DNA from: an uncultured Thermoanaerobaculia bacterium
Lineage (GTDB): Bacteria; Acidobacteriota; Thermoanaerobaculia; Multivoradales; SZUA-115
Assembly: GCA_964420075.1 (NCBI GenBank)
Contig: CAYQRE010000010.1
Coordinates: 77,885 to 141,884 of the forward strand
DNA length: 64,000 bases
Direction of reading: 5' to 3'
The notes beneath the pieces are model-generated. The model worked only from the letters and a program-made list of their open reading frames with translations, ran no database searches and was not told the origin of the DNA. Every line of letters begins with the position of its first letter. Within the stretch, counting starts at the first letter, position 1. The position numbers and the translations under genes were made by a program. Positions 1 to 9,500 of the stretch are shown one piece after another.

Positions 1-1092
1 GGCGCGCTGCTCGACCTGCCGCGCCTGGAGCTGGGCGAGCCAGGGCGCGAGCTCCTGCCCGAGGTCGAGGGCCACGCGCACCGGCAGGGTGTTGATGAAC
101 GGCCCGACGATCGTCTCGACGCCTGGAAGCTCGGCCGGGCGACCGGCCACCGTCGCGCCGAAGACCACCTCGGTGCGCCCCGTCTCCGCGGCCAGGAGCA
201 GCGACCAGGCGCCCTGGACGAGCGTGTTCAAGGTGAGCCGCTCGCGGCGGGCGAGGTCTCGCAGGGCCTCGGAGGTCGCTGCCGGCAACGCCGTGCGGCG
301 GCGGCGACCCTGCCGAAAATCGGCACCGCGACCGTGATGCGCCTCGCCGGCCGCCAACCAGCAAGGCTCGCTGAGCCCGGCCAGCTCGCGCCGCCAGAAG
401 GCCTCGGCGGCGGCCGGGTCCTGGCGCTGCAGCCAGGCGATGTAGTCACGGTAGGCGCGTGCCGGCGGCAGGCGTGGCGCCTTGCCGGCGGCGAGGGCCG
501 AGTAGGCGGCGAACAGCTCCTTGAGCAGCTGGCCCTGGGCCCAACCGTCGATCAGCAGGTGATGCTGGCTCCACACCAGGCGGTGGTCGGCCGGTCCGAG
601 CGCGAAGAGCGCCACCCGCAGCAGGGGGGCTGTGCCGAGGTCGAAGCCGCGCTCGCGATCGGCATCGAGATGGGCGGCGAGGCGGCCCTCCTGCTCGGCG
701 GGCGAGAGTCCCTGCCAGGACTCCTCGTGGAGGGGCAGGGGCACCTCGCGGTAAACCACCTGGACCGGCTTTTCGAGCTCTTCCCAGTAGAAGGCGGTGC
801 GCAGGATGGCGTGGCGGTCGAGCAGGTATTGCCAGGCGCGGGCGAAGGCCGCGTGGTCCAGGGGGCCGCCCAGGCGCAGCGAGAGTTGCACCACGTAGAC
901 CCCCGAGCCGGGGGCGTAGACGCTGTGAAAGAGCATCGCCTGCTGCATCGGCGACAGCTCGTAGACCTGCTCCACCTGGCTCTCGGCGAGCCCCTCGCTC
1001 GCCGCCTCGCCGGCCGCAGTGTCGTGGGCCAAAGAGTCGTCTGGCAGAGTGTCTTCTGCCAAGGTCTCGGTCGCTGGTCTCTCGTCGGTCAT
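1..1092 (-). CDS. NRPS, N-terminal part (DCL-type condensation domain); continues off the left edge
   Basis: My translation from ATG at 1092: MTDERPATET...VEQVYELSPMQQAMLFHSVY...RHAILRTAF...SQHHLLIDGWAQ...VGPFINTLPVRV, open to base 1. The LSPMQxxMLFH start and HHLLIDGW match DCL C domains that follow an epimerase. Absent from the ORF track because it has no stop in the window. Confidence 0.93.
   Translation of the reverse strand, partial: MTDERPATETLAEDTLPDDSLAHDTAAGEAASEGLAESQVEQVYELSPMQQAMLFHSVYAPGSGVYVVQLSLRLGGPLDHAAFARAWQYLLDRHAILRTAFYWEELEKPVQVVYREVPLPLHEESWQGLSPAEQEGRLAAHLDADRERGFDLGTAPLLRVALFALGPADHRLVWSQHHLLIDGWAQGQLLKELFAAYSALAAGKAPRLPPARAYRDYIAWLQRQDPAAAEAFWRRELAGLSEPCWLAAGEAHHGRGADFRQGRRRRTALPAATSEALRDLARRERLTLNTLVQGAWSLLLAAETGRTEVVFGATVAGRPAELPGVETIVGPFINTLPVRVALDLGQELAPWLAQLQARQVEQRA
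1018..1062 (-). repeat. Three imperfect 15-bp tandem units encoding LAEDT/LPDDS/LAHDT in the acidic N-terminal linker of the NRPS
   Basis: Plus strand agtgtcgtgggccaa / agagtcgtctggcag / agtgtcttctgccaa. Confidence 0.6.
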
Positions 1093-1126
1093 TCCCGTTG
1101 TCTCCCCGCGCCCAGGCACCTGCACC

Positions 1127-3541
1127 TCACTCCCCGCGCAGCACCCCCGCCGGATCGGCGAGGGCCCCCTTCAAGGCCCGCGCGCCCACCGTCAACCAGG
1201 CGATCAGCAGGGCCAGCGAACCTCCGGCGAGGAAGCTCCAGGCGCGCAGGGGGGTGCGAAACGCGAAATTGCCCAGCCAGGCGTGCAGCAACCAGTAGGC
1301 GCACGGCCAGGCGACCAGGATGGCGAGCAGCACCAGTACGGTGAACTCGCTCGTCAGCAGCAGCACCACCCGGCCGAGCGAGCTGCCGAGGGCCTTGCGG
1401 ATGCCGATCTCCTTGGCCCGCCGCTCGGTGGCGTAGGAGGCGAGGCCCGACAGCCCCAGGCAGGCGACGAAGATCGCCGCCGCTCCGAAGAAGGCGACCA
1501 ACGCCGCCAACCGTTCCTCGCTGCGGTAGAGGCGGGCCCACTCGTCGGTGAGCTGGAAGGCCTCGAAGGGCTTGCCGGGCGACAGCTGCTTCCAGGCCGC
1601 TTCCAGCCGCTCGAGGGTCGCCGCCTGGCCCTCGGGCGCCAGCCGCAGGTACATGTAGTGGAAGGCGATCGGCCGGATGTGCAGGAGGAGGGGGTTGAGC
1701 GGGAAGCGCAGCGGCCGCTGGTAGAAGTCCTTGACGACGCCGACGATCTTGCCCTTCTTCCAGCCACCCCAGGCGACGTCCTGGCCGAGGGCTGCCGCGG
1801 GGGTACCGAAGCCCCAGGCGGTGACGGCCCTCTCGTTGATCAGGAAGGCCGAGCCCTGGTCCACCTGGTCGGCGGCGACCAGCGGCCGGCCGGCGACCAG
1901 GCCGAGGTGGAAGACGTCCAGGAAGCCCTGGTCGACGATCAACGTGTCGACCGGTGCGAAGCCCTGCCGGCCGGCGATCTGGGCGCCGATGCGCGGCGTC
2001 TCCCGGCCGATCACCAACGACGAGAAGGTCGTGGCCTCGACGCCGGCCACCTGCGCGAGCTCGGCCTTGAGGCCCTCGAAGCGCTCGCGCAGGGCGACGT
2101 CGCGGATCGGCAGCACGAAGACGTCGGTGAGATCGAGACCCAGGCCCTGGCCGCGCATGAAGCGCAGCTGGTCCCACACCACGCCGGTCGCCACCAGGAG
2201 GCTGACGCCGATCGCGAACTGCAGCACGACGAGCACCTTGCGCAGGGTGCCGCGGCCCACGCCGGGAGCGCTCTTGAGCACCTCGACGGGCTGGAACGCG
2301 GAGAGGAAGAAGGCCGGGTAGGCCCCCGCCAGCACCCCGACGGCGACGGCGAGCCCCAGCACGGCGAGGGCGCTCGCCCAGCCCACGGGCAGGCTGATCG
2401 CCTTGCCGGCGAAGGCGTTGAAGGCCGGCAGGGCGAGCCACACCAGCAGCACGGCCAAGGCCATCGCGAGGAGCGAGAGGAGTACTGACTCGCCGAGGAA
2501 CTGCTGGACGAGCTGGCCACGGTGGGCCCCCACCACCTTGCGCACCGCCACCTCGCGCGAGCGCTGGGCGTAGCGCGCCGTCGACAGGTTGACGAAGTTG
2601 ACGCCGGCGATCAGCAGGGTGAGGGCCGCTACCGCCGCGAACAGGTAGACGTAGCCGATGTCGCCGTTGACCTCGTGCTCGAGCAGGAGGTCCGAGTGCA
2701 GGTGGATGGCGGTGAGCGGCTGCAGATGGAGGACCATGGTGGCCCCGGGCACCTTCGGGAAGTGGGCCTCGACGAAGGCCGGCAGGCGCCTGGCGAGGGT
2801 GGCGGCGTCCGCCCCGGGAGCGATCTTCACGTAGGTGTAGGCGTCCGCCAGCCACCACTGATCGAGCGCCACGCGCTGGTCTTTGACGTGCTCGAGGCTG
2901 CTGAGCGAGGCGAGCACGTCGAAGTGCAGGTGCGAGTTGGCCGGCAGGTCGGCCACCACCCCCGTCACCGTGTACTCCTCGTCCGAGAAGCCGGTGTCGA
3001 TGCGCAGCACCTGGCCCACGGCGGCGGCGTCCCCGAAGTAGCGGCGGGCGGCCGACTGCGACAGCACCAGGGTGTTCGGCGCCGCCAGCTGGCCAGCCGG
3101 CTCGCCGGCCAACCACTCGAAGGTCAGCACCGCGAAGAGGCCGGGGTCGGCCCAGAAGAAGCGCTCGTAGTGCTGCCTCTCGCCCCGCCAGCTCACCGCC
3201 ACCCGCCCTGGCAGGCTGCCCTCGAAGTAGGGGAAGAGCCGGCCGGCGGCGACCAATTCGGGCCAGGCGGCCGCGAGCGCTGCGGCCAGCGGTGGCGCCG
3301 TCACCGCGCCGTGCTGGGAGCTCTCGCCCACCTTGACCTCGGCGGTCACCCGGTAGATCCGCGCCGCGTCCCGGTGGAAGCGGTCGTAGGTCAGCTCGTC
3401 GCGCAGGAAGAGCAGCACCATCAGGCAGGAGGCCAGGCCGAGGGCGAGCCCGAGCAGGTGGATCAGCGTGTGGGCCTTGTCCCGGCGGAAGATGCGCAGG
3501 GCGACCGTCACGTAGTGGCTGAGCAATGAGTCCTTGAACAT
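1127..3541 (-). CDS. ABC transporter permease, MacB/FtsX-type duplicated permease (about 804 aa)
   Basis: Start MFKDSLLSHY with GAGGAG SD. Two permease halves carry NFVNLSTARYAQRSREVAVRKVVGA and ERRAKEIGIRKALGS motifs; multiple TM segments and large periplasmic loops; no ATPase domain. Confidence 0.9.
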   Translation of the reverse strand: MFKDSLLSHYVTVALRIFRRDKAHTLIHLLGLALGLASCLMVLLFLRDELTYDRFHRDAARIYRVTAEVKVGESSQHGAVTAPPLAAALAAAWPELVAAGRLFPYFEGSLPGRVAVSWRGERQHYERFFWADPGLFAVLTFEWLAGEPAGQLAAPNTLVLSQSAARRYFGDAAAVGQVLRIDTGFSDEEYTVTGVVADLPANSHLHFDVLASLSSLEHVKDQRVALDQWWLADAYTYVKIAPGADAATLARRLPAFVEAHFPKVPGATMVLHLQPLTAIHLHSDLLLEHEVNGDIGYVYLFAAVAALTLLIAGVNFVNLSTARYAQRSREVAVRKVVGAHRGQLVQQFLGESVLLSLLAMALAVLLVWLALPAFNAFAGKAISLPVGWASALAVLGLAVAVGVLAGAYPAFFLSAFQPVEVLKSAPGVGRGTLRKVLVVLQFAIGVSLLVATGVVWDQLRFMRGQGLGLDLTDVFVLPIRDVALRERFEGLKAELAQVAGVEATTFSSLVIGRETPRIGAQIAGRQGFAPVDTLIVDQGFLDVFHLGLVAGRPLVAADQVDQGSAFLINERAVTAWGFGTPAAALGQDVAWGGWKKGKIVGVVKDFYQRPLRFPLNPLLLHIRPIAFHYMYLRLAPEGQAATLERLEAAWKQLSPGKPFEAFQLTDEWARLYRSEERLAALVAFFGAAAIFVACLGLSGLASYATERRAKEIGIRKALGSSLGRVVLLLTSEFTVLVLLAILVAWPCAYWLLHAWLGNFAFRTPLRAWSFLAGGSLALLIAWLTVGARALKGALADPAGVLRGE

Positions 3542-3564
3542 GGCTCCTCGTGCGCGGCGGACGG

Positions 3565-6500
3565 TCAGCGGCCCTTCGGCGCGGCGGGTGAAGGCCGCCG
3601 GCCGATCTTCTTCATCAGCGTGTCGAGGTCCTTCTGGCTCACCCGCGCCTGGGGAAAATCGGTGGGGGTGAAGGCCGTCGGACCGGGGGCGGCCTCGGCA
3701 GGTGCCCGGCAATGGGCGATGAGGGCGGCGAGAGCGGCGCGGAAGCGTGCACCCCAACCCTCGACCGTGGCGCGAGCCAGCCGCTCTGGCGGGTAGGTCC
3801 AGGTGAGGCGCAAGCGCCCGCCGCTCACCCCGCCGTTGATCTCGAGCAGGTGGGTGCGGCGCTGGCTGGCGGCGCGGGGCGGCCCACCGCGCTCGGCAGC
3901 CGGCGCGAAGAGCGACGAGCCGGCCAAGCCGCGGTCGAGCTGGCCAAGGTAGTTGAAGACCACCTCGGGCGCCGGGATGGCGGCGAGGCGCTCCGCCGTC
4001 GCGGCCTCGCCCAGGTAGCGCAACAGCCCGTAGCCGAGGCCGCCGCGGGGCACCGCCCGCAGCTGCTCTTTGATCGTTCGCAGCTGCTCGCCGGGGGTCC
4101 GCTCGCGGCCGTCGAGGGAGAGCAGCACGGGGTAGAGGGCGGTCAGCCAGCCGACGGTGCGCGAGGCGTCGGCGTCGGGGAAGGCCTCGTCGCGGCCGTG
4201 CCCCTCGAGGTGAAGCCAGAGCGCGGCAGGGCGGCCGCTTGCGCTGCCTCCGTCGGCCGCACCGAGCGCCTGGGTGAGCGCCAAGAGCAGCGCATCGAGG
4301 GTGCTGGCGCGGGTCGCGGCCGGCACCTCCTGGACGAGGGCGCGCGTGGTCTCCTCGTCGAGCTCGACGGTGTGGCTCGCCGCCGCGGCCACAGTGCCGA
4401 AGTCGGCCACGGTGGCCACGTCGGTTGGCGGTGGCTGGTCGGCGCGGCTCCAGTCGGCCGTGGTCGGTTGGGTGGCGGCCGGCGCCAGCGGCGGCGGTAG
4501 GCGCCCCTCGGCGGCTGACCAGTACGGCAGCTCCGCACGGGTCGCGGCCGAGCCCGCCTCCGCCGCGAGCCGCGCCGCCCAGCCGGCGAGGGGCTGCGGC
4601 ACGGCGGGCAGAGCGGGCACCGCGGCCGCCGCCAGGCCCCGGTAGGCGAGCTCGAGGTCACCCAGCAGGATGCGCCAAGAGACGCCGTCGACGATCAGGT
4701 GATGGAGCACCAGGAAGAGCCGCTGCGCGGTGCCCGAGAGCTGGAAGAGGGCCGCCCGCCAGAGCGGCCCCGCCGTGAGGTCGAGGCTGGCCTGGAGGCG
4801 CGCCGCCAGGGCCTCGACGGCGGCGCTCTCGGCGGCGCCGAGGCCGCTCAGGTCGACACGCAGGAGCGGGGTCGGCGCCGTCCCGCTGTACTGGCGCCAG
4901 CGGCCGTCGGCGCGCTGCTCGTAGCGGCAGCGCAGCGCCGTGTGGCGGCGCGCCAGCAAGCCGAGCGCCCGCTCGAGCCGCGCTCCCTCGACGGGCTCGC
5001 TCAAGGTCAGCAGCAAGGATTGGTTGAAGTGGCCCGGCGCGGCGACGTCGAGGTCGAAGAACCAGCGCTGGATGGGCAGCAGGGGCACCTCGCCGTCCAC
5101 CTCGACCGCCTCGTCGCTCGCCGCGCTCGGCCGTACCACCGCCGCCAGCTCGGCCACCGTCTGGTGTTGGAAGAGGTCGCGCACGCCGAAGGCGAGGCCG
5201 GCCTGTTGCGCGCGCGAGACGACCTGGATCGAGAGGATCGAGTCGCCACCCAGCTCGAAGAAGTTGTCCCGCGGGCCCACCCGCTCGACGCCGAGGACCT
5301 GCGCCCAGATCGCGGCGAGCGTGGCCTCGACGCCGCTCGCCGGCTCCTCCACCGCTGCCTCGGCGGTCTCCCAGACCGGCGCCGGCAGGGCTTTCAGGTC
5401 GAGCTTGCCGTTGGCGCTCACCGGCAGCGCGTCGAGGCCCACGAAGGCGGCCGGCACCATGAAGGGGGGTAGCTTCTCGGCCAGGAAGTCGCGCAGTGTC
5501 GCCGCTTCGAGCACCACCCCCGGACGCGCCACCAGGTACGCCACCAGGCGTTTCTCACCGGGGCCGTCGGCGCGCGCCAACACCACCACCTCGGCCACCG
5601 CCGGATGCTCGGCGAGGGCCGCCTGGATCTCGCCGAGCTCGATGCGGAAGCCCCGCACCTTGACCTGGTGGTCGATGCGGCCGAGGAACTCCAGGGCTCC
5701 GTCGGCCCGCCGGCGCACCAGGTCGCCGCTGCGGTAGAGCCGTTCGCCGGGCGCCCCCCAGGGATGCGGCACGAAGCGCTCGGCAGTGGCCGCCGGCCGG
5801 CGCAGGTAGCCGCGGGCCAGGCCCTCGCCGCCGAGCAGCAGCTCGCCCGGCTCACCGAGGGCGAGGGCACCGAGCGAGCGGTCCGCTACGTAGGCCGAGG
5901 TGTTGCCGATCGGCAGGCCGATCGGCACCGTGACGAGGTCCGGCCCAACCGGCCCAACCTCGTGGTAGGTGGCGACGGCGGTGCACTCGGTGGGCCCGTA
6001 GCAGTTGAGCAACCGGCAGGCGGCCCCTCCCTGCTGGGCCAGGGCGAGGGCGCGCGGGTCGGCGGCGTCGCCGCCGAAGAGCACGTCGCGCAGGAAGCCG
6101 AAGGCCCCCGGCTCCTCGCGCACCATCTGGTGAAAGAGGGCGGTGGCGATGCCCATCGCTGTCACCCCCGTGGCGCGCAGGCGCGCGACGAAGACGGCCG
6201 GCGACAGCGTGACCTCCTTCGAGATCACCACCAGCCCGCCGCCGTTGAGCAAGGCCCCCCAGATCTCGAAGGTGGCAGCGTCGAAGCTGATGTTCGACAG
6301 GTGCGCCAGCCGGTCGCCGGGCCCGAGATGGACGTAGTTGGTGTCGCGCACCAGGCGCACCACCGCCTGCTGGGGCACGGCGACCCCTTTCGGCCGTCCC
6401 GTCGAACCCGAGGTGTAGATCACGTAGGCGAGCTCGAGAGAGGAGGCCGGCTTGACCAGCGGCAGGTCCGTCGCCACCGGCCGGGCGGCCAGGGCAGCGA

Positions 6501-9500
6501 CCTCCTCGTCCACCGGCACCAGCCGTTCGCGCACCTCGGGATGCGCCGCGAGGAGGGCCTCCAGCCGCTGCCGGGTGCGGGCGTGGACGAGGATCACCGT
6601 GGCCTGGGTGTCTGCCAGCATGAAGAGCAGGCGGGCGTCCGGGTAGCCGGGGTCGAGGGGCACGTAGGCGGCCCCCGCGGCGAGGATGCCGAGGAGGCTC
6701 GCCACCAGCTCGGCCGAGCGCTCCATCGCCACCCCCACGAGATCGCCCGGGCCCACCCCGAGGTCGGCGAGGCGCCGGCCGAGGCCGCCCGCGGTCGCCG
6801 CCAGCCGGTGGTAGCTCCAGGTCGCCGTCTCGTCGATCACCGCCGCCGCTTCCGGGGCGCGGGCAGCCTGCACCGCGAAGAGCTCGCTCAACCCGGCCGC
6901 GCGGGGGAAGGCGCTCGCCGCGTCGTTCACCTCACAAAGCACCTGCTGGCGCTCGCCGGCCAGCAGCCACGGCAGGGCGGCGAGCGGCGTCTCCGGGTCC
7001 ACGGCGGCGGCCGCCAGCCAGGCGAGCAGGCGGGCCTTCAGGCGCTCGATGGTGGTGGCATCGAAGAGGTCGGCGTCGTGCTCCAGCTGGCCGCGTAGGC
7101 CGCCCGCGGCTGGCCGCAGGGTGAGCGAGAGCTCGAACTTGGCGGTGACCGCGCCCTGCGCGATCGGCGCCAGCGTGAGGCCCGGCAACGCAAGGCCGGC
7201 GAGCGGCGCCTCCTCGAGGGAGAAGGTGGCCTGGAAGAGCGGCGAGCTCGCGAGGTCGCGGTTGGGGGCGATCTCCGCCACCAGCTGCTCGAAGGGCAGG
7301 TCCTGGTGCGCGAAGGCGCCGAGCACCGACTGGCGCACGCGGGCCACCAGCGCTGCCAGGGTCGGCGCACCGCCGAGATCGACGCGCAAGGCCAGGGCGT
7401 TGACGAAGAAGCCGATCAGACCTTCGGTCTCCCGCCGGTTGCGGTTGGCGATCGGGATCCCCACCACCAGCTCGTCCTGCTGCGCCGCCCGCCCCAGAAG
7501 GCCCGCCCACAGGCTCGCCAAGGTGATGAAGCGGGTGGCCTGCAGGCGGCGGCCGAGCGCGTCGAGGCCGGCGGTGAGCTCGGCGGAGATCACCAGCGGC
7601 CGGCTCGCGCCGCGGTAGGTGGGGGCGAGGGGCCGCGGCCGGTCGGTGGGCAGCTCCAGGCGCTGCGGCGCCCCGGCGAGCTGCGCGCGCCAATAGGCCA
7701 GCTGAGAGACCAGCACCTCGCCCTGCAGCCAGGCGCGCTGCCAGGCCGCGAAGTCCGCGTACTGCACGGGCAGGGGCGCGAGCGGCGAGGTCTCCCCGGC
7801 GACGAGGGCCGCATAGAGGCTGGCGACCTCACGTTCGAGGAGCCCCATCGACCAGCCGTCCGCGATGATGTGATGGCAGGTCATCAGCAGGGCGTGGTCG
7901 GCGGCGGCCAGGCGCAGGAGCGCCAGGCGGAAGAGAGGCCCACGTGCGAGGTCGAAGGGGCGCCTGGCCTCGCGGCGAGCCAGGGTGTCGAGGGTCGCCG
8001 CGCGCGCGGTGCCGGGGAGCGCCGCGAGGTCGACGACGGGGAGCGGCGGGCGCCAGCGCGGCCGAACCTCCAGCCTGGGCCGCCCCGCGGTGGCCGGGAA
8101 GCTGGTGCGCAGCACCTCGTGGCGGCCGGCGATGGTGGCGAAGACCTGGCGCAGTGCCGCCACCCGCAGCTCACCGCCGAGGCGCACCGCAGCCGGGATG
8201 TTGTAGGCGGGGTTGCCCGGGCTGAGCTGGTCGACGATCCACAGCCGCTGCTGGGCGAAGGCCAAGGGCAGCTCCTCGCCGTCCTGTCGCGGGCAGGGCT
8301 CGATGGGTGGCGCCTCGGGCTGGCCGCCGCGGCGCAGCTCGGCGATGACCGCCGCCAGGCCGGCGACCGTCGGGGCCTCGAAGAGGCGGCGCACCGGCAG
8401 CTCGACGTGGAACACCTCACGCAGCCGCGACACCAGACGGATGCCGAGCAGGGAATGGCCGCCGAGAGAGAAGAAGTCTTCCCCGGCGCTCACCCGCTCG
8501 CGGCCCAGGAGCTCGGCGAAGAGCTCGGCGAGCAGTCCTTCGACGGCACCGCGCGGGGCCTCGCCGGTGCTGGTGCCAGCCGCAGCCCAGTCCGGCGCCG
8601 GCAGGGCGCGGCGATCGAGCTTGCTCGACGGGGTCAGGGGGAGCGCCGCGAGGCGGACGAGCGCCGCCGGTACCATGGCGTCCGGCAGCGCCTGGCGGAG
8701 GGCCTGGCGCCAGTCGTCCAGCTCCGCGCCGCCGGCGGGGGCCACCACGAAGGCGACCAGCTGCCCCTCGCCGCGGGGGTCGGGGCGCACGGCGACGGCG
8801 GCCTCCCGCACCCCGGGAAGGCGGGTGAGCGCCGCTTCCACCTCGGCGAGCTCGATGCGGTGGCCGCGCACCTTGACCTGCTGGTCGCGGCGGCCCAGGA
8901 ACTCCAGGTTGCCGTCCGCATGGCGGCGGGCGAGATCACCGCTGCGATAGCAACGCCCGCCGGCCGGGCCGCCGCCGGGGCTGCCGGCGAGCGGGTCGGG
9001 CATGAAGCGGTCGGCGGTCAGCCCGGGCCGGCCGAGGTAGCCGCGGGCGAGGCCGGCGCCACCGATCCACACCTCGCCGGGGATGCCGACCGGGACCAGC
9101 TCGAGGTCCGCACCGAGGAGGGCCACCCGGCAGTTGGCGACCGGCAGCCCGAGCGGGGCCTTGCGCTCCGGCGCCGGCGCGCGGCCGACGTCGTAGAAGG
9201 TGGCGCAGACCGTGGCCTCGGTGGGGCCGTAGCCGTTGACGACGGTGAGGCCGGGAAGCGCCGCCGCGAGCCCGCTGAGCACCGGCTCACGGATCGGCTC
9301 GACGCCCACCAGCAGGCGGGCGAGGGGATGGGGGGCGGCTGCGGGCGCGCTCACCCGCGCCAGCAGCTCGCTGAGGAGGAACGGCGGCAGGTAGGCGCTG
9401 CGGATCGCGCGCGCTGCGAGCCACGGCAGCAAGGCCTCGGCGCGCACGCGCTCTTCCTCCCCGGGCACCACGAGGGTGCCGCCGTAGGCGAGGGCGGCGA

